Shown here one piece after another: positions 1 to 8,960 of a DNA stretch of 64,000 bases. The notes beneath the pieces were generated by a model. The model saw only the letters and a list, made by a program, of their open reading frames with translations, ran no database searches and had not been told where the DNA came from. The position numbers and the translations under genes were made by a program. The stretch's first letter is position 1. Each line of letters starts with the position of its first letter. This stretch comes from a plasmid: the sequence record CP104424.1; one strand, given 5' to 3'.

Positions 1-154
1 GCACAGAGAGAAGCGGAAAAAATAATGGTGAGTGAAAAGATATATTTTATCATTTCATCGTCTCCTTTTTATTTATGAAAACAGGTGCAATTAATATTGC
101 GAAATAATAACGTTCAGGTGTTTTTTTTTGGCAGTGTGATACTTCACGCAGGGC

Positions 155-835
155 ATGAATTCCAGTACGCTGATATCCGTGATGATACGGCAACAGATAT
201 CCGGTGACGGTATGCAGGAACATATTGATTATCAGATTGAGAAATATCAGTTCAGGGCCAGGAATGAGTCACCGCGACTGATGCGCCAGTGGGAAGATGT
301 CATGCGTGAATGCCATGATACCGGAGCAGGAGCCAGGGAGCGGCTGCGGATTGCCTTACTTAATGTTGATTATGTGACCAGTTTTGAACTGCCGTTTCGT
401 CTGCTGTTAACCCGGACACCGCAGATGATTGACAGCGTGCGGCGGGAATGGCAGCTCAGCCAGAAAAAAGTCGTATTCAATGAGCGGCAGCGGGGATGTG
501 TATACAGTCTGCAGAATGACTTATCCGGCGTGCCGGATAGCTTCAGTTACAGTCTTGCGACGCGAATACGGCGGGCGGACAGCTATGGCATGACGACGCG
601 TTGTTTCACTGATATAGCCGGGCAGGTTAAAGCCCCGACAGCACGGCTGAAACTGGCGCTGGAAAGCGGGTTAATTGTCACCGCGCTGGATGGTCTGTTC
701 TGGCTTGGTATTCAACGTATTGCCGCAGATGTGCAGCGGCTGCGTCAGTCCGGAATGACAATCATCACCCGGGATGTTGAGGTCTCAGACTCGCTGACCG
801 GAACCACACGGGTTGTTTCCGGGTACAGCCTTTGA
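155..835 (+). CDS. hypothetical protein, 226 aa, no recognisable motif
   Basis: ATG-initiated ORF in the variable region upstream of pnd; no TM segment, signal peptide or catalytic motif recognised. Confidence 0.4.
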   Translation: MNSSTLISVMIRQQISGDGMQEHIDYQIEKYQFRARNESPRLMRQWEDVMRECHDTGAGARERLRIALLNVDYVTSFELPFRLLLTRTPQMIDSVRREWQLSQKKVVFNERQRGCVYSLQNDLSGVPDSFSYSLATRIRRADSYGMTTRCFTDIAGQVKAPTARLKLALESGLIVTALDGLFWLGIQRIAADVQRLRQSGMTIITRDVEVSDSLTGTTRVVSGYSL

Positions 836-1251
836 TTTATGCAACAAAGTATCGCAGCGTCGAATATGAGCTATGGCCAGATTTTTGTTAATCGTGGTTG
901 TTGCAACATGTAAGGCGAATGACCACACTATTCTGGCACGCTCGTAATCATGCTGAAATTCTGCTTCCTGTCCTGCCGTGATGAGTTCCGACCAGGACAT
1001 ACGGCGAAGTGTATGTCTGTCAGTAATATCCGTCATGAGCTCTCAGCCTCCTCCTTCGTATTTCCGTCAGAAACACAAACGCCCCGCAGAGAAAATTCGC
1101 CAACATTCTCCTTTTTAATGGCGCGCAATGCATCGCGGCAGGCCCGTTCGGTATGAAAGGCCTGGCTGTGCACCGCCAGTGTGGGCTGACGGGCATCACC
1201 GGAAGAGACATTAAAGGGCGATGAAAGCCAGAAAATCAGTAGCCACATGCG

Positions 1252-1635
1252 TCACACCTCGTCCTTTTTATGCGGGTATCTGGACAGAATATTGAGCGCC
1301 TGTAATGGCGCTTCATGCATTTCACGGATACAACGGGCATCGGTGATATTTTCCCGGTAATGTGTGGTTTCCAGCATCATATGATGCATATGGAGCATCC
1401 GGGCCAGGGCTGCGCGGAGTTCTTCAATATGTTGTTCATGGGAATGCTGGCGGGGCTGTATCCGGCAGAGAGGGATAACCTCCACATCATCCGGGTGCGC
1501 GCGAAGCCACGCGTCAGTGACTGCAATGTCGTCAGTGTAAAACCATGTGCCGGATGTCCCGTTGGCCAGAAAACGCATTTTCCAGGTTTCTGGGGTGGCG
1601 GTTGTGTTGTTATCTTTCATGGTGCTACCACTCAT
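1252..1635 (-). CDS. hypothetical protein, 127 aa
   Basis: ORF only; His/Met-rich C-terminal half; no family recognised. Confidence 0.3.
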   Translation of the reverse strand: MSGSTMKDNNTTATPETWKMRFLANGTSGTWFYTDDIAVTDAWLRAHPDDVEVIPLCRIQPRQHSHEQHIEELRAALARMLHMHHMMLETTHYRENITDARCIREMHEAPLQALNILSRYPHKKDEV

Positions 1636-1910
1636 TCAACAGGCTTAATGCTGTCCAGGCGCAGTCTGCTCAGACTGTCGTGGCTGCCACAGCGGCGTCC
1701 AGTGCTTTTGCTGTAGCACTCCTGCCCCCTGATACACCATGCCGTTGGCGTTTCGTAGAGGCTGACACGTCGGGTTTTATCTTTAATGATGAGAAGCCCG
1801 GTGTGAGTTTTTGTCTTTTTCATCGGTGGGGTACAAACGCAGAAATTTTGTTGTCATCAGTTTTTGCCTGCAGAGGCCTGAAAAGACAGCGTTTTCAGGC
1901 CCTGTTCAGG

Positions 1911-2153
1911 TTAGTGAATATTCTTGCCTGGCTTTTCGGCAATATCAATCCCCTGAAGTTGCATGGATATCCCATGCCCATTGAGCATCTGGCTGTCCAT
2001 GGAATGGATACCGCATGTCATCATCAGGTTGTAACAAAGCGTACTCAGCATGGTGAGCGCCTCTTCTGAGGATTTACAATGTGTATTCATAAGGGCCAGA
2101 AACTGCTCAACAACATCCGGGTTAATGCTGGTACTGTGTATTTCATCCTTCAT
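1911..2153 (-). CDS. hypothetical small protein, about 80 aa (ATG at 2153; track ORF 1911..2231 starts on GTG)
   Basis: Internal ATG is preceded by AAGGA at 6-nt spacing on the minus strand; the upstream GTG start has no RBS. Confidence 0.35.
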   Translation of the reverse strand: MKDEIHSTSINPDVVEQFLALMNTHCKSSEEALTMLSTLCYNLMMTCGIHSMDSQMLNGHGISMQLQGIDIAEKPGKNIH

Positions 2154-2334
2154 GATGTGTCCTTGTTTTTTATTATTTTGCATTTCAGAAAATAACACGA
2201 TGCCTGCAGCCCGGAAAACAGATGTGTGCACACGTAGTCACTTTCCGGCTTTATTTCTGTCCCTGACACAAAATACGTGGTGGCATGAAAAGGATTGTGG
2301 CGGACAGGAAAACGATTAGAATAGCGGCGGGCGC

Positions 2335-2628
2335 TTGAGGCTGTATGCCGAAAGCGTTTTGTGGACGGCATGTAGCAGAAAGCCCCAGGCGATTTTTTTA
2401 TCAATCAACCCAGGGCCCACTGTAATGCCTCAACAACATTATAGTAGCCCGATGACGGCCGAAAGGCAATGGAGGGGCTGCGATGCCACAACGAACGTTT
2501 TTAATGATGTTAATCGTCGTCTGTGTGACGATACTGTGTTTTGTCTGGATGGTGAGGGATTCGCTTTGCGGATTTCGTATCGAGCAGGGAAATACGGTGC
2601 TTGTGGCAACGTTAGCCTACGAAGTTAA
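2335..2628 (+). CDS. pndC: pndC (mok-like leader frame overlapping the killer gene)
   Basis: ORF overlaps the Hok-family pndA frame in another reading frame, as mok overlaps hok; true start uncertain. Confidence 0.45.
   Translation: MRLYAESVLWTACSRKPQAIFLSINPGPTVMPQQHYSSPMTAERQWRGCDATTNVFNDVNRRLCDDTVFCLDGEGFALRISYRAGKYGACGNVSLRS
2395..2470 (-). ncRNA. pndB: pndB (Sok-like antisense RNA); position inferred
   Basis: Hok/Sok-type loci carry an antisense RNA complementary to the mok/hok leader; placed from locus architecture, promoter not mapped. Confidence 0.3.
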
Positions 2629-2635
2629 ACGTTAA
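2483..2635 (+). CDS. pndA: PndA, Hok-family membrane toxin (50 aa) of a post-segregational killing locus
   Basis: Translation MPQRTFLMMLIVVCVTILCFVWMVRDSLCGFRIEQGNTVLVATLAYEVKR is a canonical Hok/PndA sequence with TM helix and conserved SLC/EVK motifs; below the 60-aa track cutoff. Confidence 0.85.
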   Translation: MPQRTFLMMLIVVCVTILCFVWMVRDSLCGFRIEQGNTVLVATLAYEVKR

Positions 2636-2646
2636 CGGGCAACACG

Positions 2647-2667
2647 GCGGCAGGACATCTGCCGCCG
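2647..2667 (+). terminator. perfect 8-bp stem / 5-nt loop (GGCGGCAG-GACAT-CTGCCGCC) just 3' of pndA
   Basis: Inverted repeat seen directly; consistent with the 3' fold-back/terminator of hok-family mRNAs; no T-run. Confidence 0.35.
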
Positions 2668-4310
2668 GATTGTTGCGAAGGCTGACCTCAATGCGCCTTG
2701 TTTGTCTTTTTTACCGGACGACTGCTGGTTGCTGCTGTCCGGCAGCTATTATTTTTTCCGTCCTGTGCGTCATCAATTATGACAGTCGCTCTCATTTGGT
2801 TGTCTCTGGTTAGATGTATTATTAGATATTTTCGGGGTAATTCGATAAAAGTTATCCACTTCAGCACCAGACTGAATGATATATGCAATAAGATCTAAAC
2901 GATGAATCTCGTATCGTGTACGTAACTCCATCATTTCACGCCATGCTAAAATCCTTGATGTTTTCAGTTCAGCCTCTATAAGTTTCCATGTGTTTGTTGA
3001 GATGGCATGTTCTTCCAGCTGACGTAACGAGAACCTATCACTAATGACCAACCATCCCCATCCTCGAGTATGTGCCCATTTGCGACCTGCATTACTTTTT
3101 ATTCTCGTGAGACTCAAGGTCATTCGGTCTGTTGGCTTCACTTCCATAAGTAGGCACCGACCATCAACTGTCGCAATGAGTAAATCTGGATAGTATTTTT
3201 TTGATTTGTTTTTAAAACAATATGGAATAGAAAATGGTTGTTCTTGATAGAAAAGAACCTGATCGCAACATTCTAATAGATTCATTATTTTAAACTCAAG
3301 CCCTGATTCGTACTGGACTGTACGACCTAATTTTTGAGAGTAAAAGAATCCAGATATGTCAGTATCATTAACCGCTCTCTGTGAACATAGCTGTTCTACG
3401 GGGGGAGGAGGTGCGATATATTTTGGCCAATGTGTATTGTCTAGCCATTTACTGAATATGAACTCAACTCTTTCTTTCTTGATTCGGGCTCTTTCCTGAG
3501 CGTGAGCGTGTGCTAATTCTGCTCTTCGTTCACGTAACTTCTGCTTTTGTAATTGTGATATTAATGAGAGCGAATTTTTTATTTCATCTCGTCTTGCTTT
3601 AGGAATGCCTGCGGCAAAAATGATGAATTTGGCGGCTAACTCAGAGGATGTAACGAAATCCCGATGAACAATACGATAAATCCATACTGCTATATCATAT
3701 GGTGAATTACCTATTGAGTTAATAAGGGCTTTAAGGCAAGCTCCAGGTGTCCCTTCATAGCGAGATTTAGCAGCTAGTAAGCCAAGGGCTCGTTCCTGAA
3801 GTTGTCTTACCCTTTCACGGGAAATTCCTAATTTGACGGCAATATCTGCCAGAGAATGAGGTGAATCATCTGTGCCGAGTCGCATTAGAAGAATATATTG
3901 ATGTCGTTTATTAGATAAACTTTCGATAGCAGAATGAATTAGCATAATGACATCATGTTCATCGGCTATATAATCTTTAAAATCTGTATTGGGTTGGCAG
4001 AGGGGGAGTGGGGTATTTTGTTTAAAACTATTCTTTTGTATTTCAACTTTATCATGAGCAATTGTTTTTGCAGTGCTCAATGATATTAAATTATTGATGA
4101 TACTATTGTGTTCTTGGCGAGGAATCTTGTTGAAGTAATTGCTGAGATCATTCACCGTGTTTATATCGTTGAACTCAAGAAACTCAGAAGGAAGCAGGCG
4201 TTTGATTGCTCCACGTATTCCCCCGGACGATCGTTGATGTGTTTGAGTAAGTTTTTTTAGCGAGACGCCCTCCGCTATGGATACGAGAAGACGCTGTAAC
4301 TCTTCAGTAT

Positions 4311-4319
4311 TCCATGGAG
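4311..4319. repeat. IS1 target-site duplication, left copy (TCCATGGAG)
   Basis: Identical 9-mer directly abuts each IS1 end. Confidence 0.9.
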
Positions 4320-4374
4320 GGTAATGCTGCCAACTTACTGATTTAGTGTATGATGGTGATTTTAAGGTGCTTGC

Positions 4375-4650
4375 GTGGCTTCCATTTCCATCAGATGTCC
4401 TTCCTGCTCCGCTACTGAAGGCGTGGTGCGTAACGGCAAAAGCACTGCCGGACATCAGCGCTATCTCTGCTCTCATTGCCGTAAAACATGGCAACTACAG
4501 TTCACTTACACCGCCTCTCAGCCCGGTACGCACCAGAAAATCATTGATATGGCCATGAATGGCGTCGGATGTCGCGCCAGTGCACGCATTATGGGCGTTG
4601 GCCTCAACACGGTTTTACGTCACTTAAAAAACTCAGGCCGCAGTCGGTAA
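4375..4650 (+). CDS. insA: IS1 InsA (transposition inhibitor, N-terminal part of the InsAB' transposase)
   Basis: [43 protein letters not shown]... matches IS1 InsA with its zinc-finger CxxC pairs. Confidence 0.95.
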   Translation: MASISIRCPSCSATEGVVRNGKSTAGHQRYLCSHCRKTWQLQFTYTASQPGTHQKIIDMAMNGVGCRASARIMGVGLNTVLRHLKNSGRSR

Positions 4651-5072
4651 CCTCGCGCATACAACCGGGCAGTGATGTGATTGTCTGCGCTGAAATGGAC
4701 GAACAGTGGGGCTACGTCGGTGCTAAATCACGTCAGCGCTGGCTGTTTTACGCGTATGACAGGATACGGAGGACGGTTGTGGCGCACGTCTTCGGTGAAC
4801 GCACTCTGGCCACACTGGAGCGTCTTCTGAGCCTGCTGTCGGCCTTTGAGGTCGTGGTATGGATGACGGATGGCTGGCCGCTGTATGAATCACGCCTGAA
4901 GGGAAAGCTGCACGTTATCAGCAAGCGTTACACTCAGCGCATTGAGCGACATAATCTGAATCTGAGACAACATCTGGCAAGGCTGGGACGGAAGTCACTG
5001 TCGTTCTCAAAATCGGTGGAGCTGCATGACAAGGTCATCGGGCATTATCTGAACATAAAACACTATCAGTAA
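4569..5072 (+). CDS. insB: IS1 InsB' frame (expressed as InsAB' via -1 frameshift at the A6C run near 4626..4632)
   Basis: Translation ...[21 protein letters not shown]...[10 protein letters not shown] matches IS1 InsB; the TTAAAAAACTC slippery motif is present. Confidence 0.9.
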   Translation: MSRQCTHYGRWPQHGFTSLKKLRPQSVTSRIQPGSDVIVCAEMDEQWGYVGAKSRQRWLFYAYDRIRRTVVAHVFGERTLATLERLLSLLSAFEVVVWMTDGWPLYESRLKGKLHVISKRYTQRIERHNLNLRQHLARLGRKSLSFSKSVELHDKVIGHYLNIKHYQ

Positions 5073-5087
5073 GTTGGAGTCATTACC

Positions 5088-5096
5088 TCCATGGAG
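5088..5096. repeat. IS1 target-site duplication, right copy (TCCATGGAG)
   Basis: Identical to 4311..4319. Confidence 0.9.
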
Positions 5097-5342
5097 TACC
5101 ATGTCGTGCTGGAAAATTGCTGCGGGATTCAGACATGATTTTATCTTTATGTTTTCTAGGTACTGCCTTGAGTGTGTGGATATGATAATTATTTATAATG
5201 ATATTGTTATCTTTTATAGATAACTGATATGCAGAATTGTATTGATTTTGTCTACAGTGGGCAAGACAGTGCTAAGAATTTGTGGGGAAAACATAGAGAC
5301 TCCATGCGGCGTCCTGAGATAGACGGCAGACAGGCATTCTGC

Positions 5343-5377
5343 CTGAAAAGAAAAAGCCGGTTCAGAGAAAACCGGCT
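5343..5377 (-). terminator. rho-independent terminator downstream of excA
   Basis: Stem AGCCGGTT/AACCGGCT followed on the minus strand by a T-rich tract (TTTTTCTTTTC). Confidence 0.55.
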
Positions 5378-5409
5378 GACGGATTATCGTCTAACAGTTG
5401 ATAGCTACC

Positions 5410-6063
5410 TCAAAATACTTCTGCAACAGGAACACCGGCAACTTTTTCCCACTCTTTAACCCGATACCGGATCATCTGTGGGAAACGTTCCTTGTACTCA
5501 TATCCACGTGCAGCCATGGTGTGCATGGTGTTGGCCAGCGTCCTTGATGAGATGCCGGAGATCTCAAGAGGAATCATCGGCAGACTCACATAGGTGGTGT
5601 GGATTTCCAGCTTGCCGTCCTCAGCAACCGTGCGGGTAAAGTTGTGAATATCCAGACCAATTACATCCATCACATTGTTTGGATAAATACGCACATACAG
5701 CATGGTGCCGTTTTTAATGTCGATCCCGAAATAACAACTCTTCGAGAATGACAGTTGCTCATAATCGCTGGTCGGCGCAAAGGGACTGCTTTCTTTTATC
5801 TGCTGAACAACCTGCTGGACTTTCTTTTTCTTCGCTCTGGTTTTCATATATAGCCAGAGTGATGGGAGTATTAATAGGAGCCAACTGCCATAAGTATATA
5901 GATATGCTTGAATATCTGTTTCTATATATGGTTCTGTAAGCATCATACCGGTAAATCCTAGAGAACATAGTAATAAAAAAGGAACACCAAATATAAAATA
6001 AGCAGTGCGGATAAGGTAATAATATGCCCACCAGGAAGGATATCTGCTTTTTGTTGTGTTCAT
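5410..6063 (-). CDS. excA: ExcA-like entry (surface) exclusion protein, 217 aa, two N-terminal TM helices then a K-rich linker
   Basis: AT-rich ORF immediately downstream of traY, where R64 excA sits; size and membrane topology fit. Confidence 0.6.
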   Translation of the reverse strand: MNTTKSRYPSWWAYYYLIRTAYFIFGVPFLLLCSLGFTGMMLTEPYIETDIQAYLYTYGSWLLLILPSLWLYMKTRAKKKKVQQVVQQIKESSPFAPTSDYEQLSFSKSCYFGIDIKNGTMLYVRIYPNNVMDVIGLDIHNFTRTVAEDGKLEIHTTYVSLPMIPLEISGISSRTLANTMHTMAARGYEYKERFPQMIRYRVKEWEKVAGVPVAEVF

Positions 6064-6150
6064 AATAAACCTCCATATTCACCTGAATGTATTTTAATCT
6101 CTTCAGGTGAATATGGCAATGGTGTTTTAGTGGTTTTTCGATATTTTCAT

Positions 6151-8316
6151 TTATTGTTTTATTCCGTCTTTATCATCTCTATTAATATTTTTCAGTTTTT
6201 CTTCACGAACGCCAGGTGTTCTGCGCATATTGGTATTACCTCCGGCAATAATATCTTTGACTGAAGAAACCATATTCCCCAGCATATTAACACCGTCACG
6301 TCCGCCCAGAAAATTAATTACATGGTCAGGCAGATAAGCCTGAAGCGCAAAAACGGCTGCAACCAGTGTGGTACAGGCGCGGGCATAAATCATCAAAAAT
6401 CCCGCCATGCTGAACACGCCCGTCACAGAGTTTATCTGGACATTCATCAGTGCAGCAGCATACAGCGCATTCAGGATTGTGCCGCCGGCCACGATGGCGA
6501 CTGATGCAAAAAAGAACCCGAACACCATCAGCAGCGGTCTGATCATGCTGTCTATCAGGTAGATGTAACCGTAAGCGGCCCGGCTTCCCCGGTCCTGACT
6601 TGTTCCCAGATGGGTGGCGGCCCACAGGGGGCCAGCAGCACATCCAATCAGTACGCTGACTATCCAGTTGCCGATGCCGGTCATCCAGAAGATAAACGGG
6701 ATAAACGGCAGGTAAATGGATAACGAAAAACCGGCACAAAACAGCAAAAACAGCAGGAAGTAGAGTGGTGGTGCGGATGCTTCCAGAAAAGCCTTTGCGG
6801 CGTCAGATAATCCGCTGACGGCATTGACCAGTCGACCAAAAACGGAGTTGCTGCCGGCCGTGGAAAGTACCCTGACGGTGGTATAACCCGCCCAGATGGT
6901 TTCGGTCGTAACCATGGTGTAATCGCCAATGTTTTTCATTTTTATCAACGGATTTAGTTGATTAGTTGTGGTACCTGTACCGCTCAGATAAGTGGCTGTC
7001 CAGTTAGTCATTCTTGTTAGGTTAAACCCAATCAATTTTAAGATTGCTGATTGAGGGTCTTGAGTTTTAGATGCGTGGTATTCACTGGCAGAGGTGGCTG
7101 TTCCCAGTGCAGGAGTATACGCTGAGTTCTGTAGCTGTGCCTGGTAAGCCCCCTTGACTTCCTTCAGGAATTCCGTATCCCCGGCTTCGCCCAGTGACGA
7201 GACGCCACTCACAGTAGGAGCGCGGTTGGCCAGGTCTTCCAGTCGCTGGTTGGCGGTGGCAAAGGTCTGGTACCAGGCACCCAGGGCAACCCAGCCGTAG
7301 GTGGTCAGGTAGGATTTCAGCTGCTCCCTGCGCTCAGTTTCTGCGTTATCTGCCGGCAACGCCTTCTGCACCGTTTCTTCATACCGGTTGGCTGCCTTCT
7401 GAATACGGCTTTCAATATCCGGCAGGTTGCCGTTACCCGTGTCGCGCCGGGTCCGGTATGCCGACACAAATTCCTGCGCCGCGCTGTCCAGGTCACGGAG
7501 CATGGTATCCATGGCGGAGCGTTGTGCCGTCAGAACCCCCTGATATTCCGTTTCAATGAAGGGATTGAAAAAATGGGCCAGCGCGGACTGCTTGTTACTG
7601 CCGTTTCCTTTCACGGAGAGACTCACACTCCCGCAGGTGGCGCTGCCATTTGAGACGGTGACGGTATATCTGCCATTCTCTGTCCGTGAGGATTCGCTCA
7701 TGGGCGGCGTTGATGAACGTGCGGTACGGTTAAAGTCATCGAGGCCCGTATTCATGGCGTGTTTGCACAGTTCCATCTCCAGAATTCCCCGTGCTGCCGT
7801 GCGGGTGGAGACATGTACTGGCTGTACGGTCATTGAATAGCCTTCAGCAATGTTTTCTGCCGCTGTCTGAACCATGATATTGGCGGAACCGATGCCCATG
7901 ATGGATGCGCCCCACAGCATGACCAGTTGCGCCAGACTCCAGCCGGAAGCGGTGGGCACAATCATCAAAAATCCACTCACGACACTGAGTATGCCGACGA
8001 CGTCCCGTCCGTTGTTAAAGACACTGCCCTGGTGTCCCGTGCGGACAGCATGACGGATACCAATAAACAGAAACCAGACTATCCCCATCGTGGCGATAAT
8101 TGCGTTAAACACCATGAACAGGTTGCCAATGATGGTGTTGCTGCTGGCTGTCAGGGGATTTGTGACCACATCACCAAAAATGGTGACCAGTGCCTGGCGC
8201 GACAGGTCATCCGGATTGGTGGCGGCACTCACAATGTCCTGATAGGTGACGAAAGCCTGTGCAGGTACGGCAGCCAGCGCCAGACCTGCACTCAGTGCTC
8301 TGGGTATGATTTTCAC
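6151..8316 (-). CDS. traY: TraY-like integral membrane transfer protein, 721 aa
   Basis: Signal-like N-terminus, large periplasmic-type region and a multi-TM C-terminal half; first gene of the traY-to-traL block next to excA. Confidence 0.65.
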   Translation of the reverse strand: MKIIPRALSAGLALAAVPAQAFVTYQDIVSAATNPDDLSRQALVTIFGDVVTNPLTASSNTIIGNLFMVFNAIIATMGIVWFLFIGIRHAVRTGHQGSVFNNGRDVVGILSVVSGFLMIVPTASGWSLAQLVMLWGASIMGIGSANIMVQTAAENIAEGYSMTVQPVHVSTRTAARGILEMELCKHAMNTGLDDFNRTARSSTPPMSESSRTENGRYTVTVSNGSATCGSVSLSVKGNGSNKQSALAHFFNPFIETEYQGVLTAQRSAMDTMLRDLDSAAQEFVSAYRTRRDTGNGNLPDIESRIQKAANRYEETVQKALPADNAETERREQLKSYLTTYGWVALGAWYQTFATANQRLEDLANRAPTVSGVSSLGEAGDTEFLKEVKGAYQAQLQNSAYTPALGTATSASEYHASKTQDPQSAILKLIGFNLTRMTNWTATYLSGTGTTTNQLNPLIKMKNIGDYTMVTTETIWAGYTTVRVLSTAGSNSVFGRLVNAVSGLSDAAKAFLEASAPPLYFLLFLLFCAGFSLSIYLPFIPFIFWMTGIGNWIVSVLIGCAAGPLWAATHLGTSQDRGSRAAYGYIYLIDSMIRPLLMVFGFFFASVAIVAGGTILNALYAAALMNVQINSVTGVFSMAGFLMIYARACTTLVAAVFALQAYLPDHVINFLGGRDGVNMLGNMVSSVKDIIAGGNTNMRRTPGVREEKLKNINRDDKDGIKQ

Positions 8317-8390
8317 GGTAACTCCGGAACCGAAGGGGATGCCCGGGCATCAGCCCCCGGAATGAGGAAAAGAAATTGCAGACCGGACAG

Positions 8391-8960
8391 TCAGTACTGC
8401 CGGTGGGTAATGGCCAGCCATGTGGCCTGTTTCCAGCCGTGCCGGGCCTGCAGGTAATCGGGGAATGTGCCCTGTTCGTCCTCGCTGACCCGACGTTCAT
8501 TCAGCTGCCAGAGGCGGTATGACGCAATCAGGGCTTTTGAGGCACACAGTGCTGCAATGGTACTCATCAGTAACAGGCAGACCAGGATACGTATCAGGGT
8601 GATGACCGGCAGTGCGGTGGCCGCAAGGGCCATACCACACAGCAGAAGTACCGGTATCATCATCAGCCAGAATCCTGTCCGCCAGAACATCCTGCGACGT
8701 CGCAGACGCCGGTCCAGTTCGTCGACCGTCAGTCCGCTGGCCCTGACCGCTTCCTCCCAGGTCATACAGACCGGACTCTCCGGTTGCCGGTCGGGCATGA
8801 GGCGCTTCAGGCGCGTTTTATGCTGGTCCAGCATATGGCGGCAGCTGCGCAGCATCCAGCGGGTTTCGGCCAGTGGTGCGAACAGATTTATCCCTATATC
8901 ACCGATGCGGCGGAGACGGGGGGCCGGTTTTTTTTCGTCGATGCTGTTGTCGTCTTTCAT
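8391..8960 (-). CDS. traX: TraX-position membrane protein, 189 aa
   Basis: Two hydrophobic helices; position by ORF count within the transfer block. Confidence 0.5.
   Translation of the reverse strand: MKDDNSIDEKKPAPRLRRIGDIGINLFAPLAETRWMLRSCRHMLDQHKTRLKRLMPDRQPESPVCMTWEEAVRASGLTVDELDRRLRRRRMFWRTGFWLMMIPVLLLCGMALAATALPVITLIRILVCLLLMSTIAALCASKALIASYRLWQLNERRVSEDEQGTFPDYLQARHGWKQATWLAITHRQY

Larger units (their letters stand above)
4320..5087 (+). mobile_element. IS1: IS1-family insertion sequence, 768 bp, complete with both terminal inverted repeats
   Basis: Ends GGTAATGCTGCCAACTTACTGAT ... AGTAAGTTGGAGTCATTACC match the IS1 terminal IRs; contains insA and insB' frames; flanked by a 9-bp direct repeat. 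Confidence 0.95.
2773..5136 (-). pseudogene. IS1-interrupted gene for a sigma-70 region-4-like HTH plus TnsA-like PD-(D/E)xK nuclease-domain protein (about 528 aa once IS1 is removed)
   Basis: The 573-aa track ORF (2773..4494) takes its first 58 codons from antisense IS1. Removing IS1 and one TSD copy joins 4319 to 5097 in frame and gives N-terminus MSESRSNFPARHGT-PWNTEELQ (ATG at 5136). Internal motifs: HSLADIAVKLGISRERVRQLQERALGLL (sigma-70 r4 HTH) and EFK...YYPDLLIATVDGRCLLMEVKP (TnsA_N-like E/D/ExK). Gene is AT-rich. Confidence 0.7.

Noticed and set aside
4346-4558. 70-aa ORF inside IS1 overlapping insA in another frame
   Set aside because: Known IS1 coding capacity is insA and insB' only; this is a frame shadow.
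5759-6082. 107-aa ORF overlapping excA in another frame
   Set aside because: Frame shadow of AT-rich excA; the in-frame ExcA/ExcB products are what is known for this gene, and nothing supports a separate overlapping gene.
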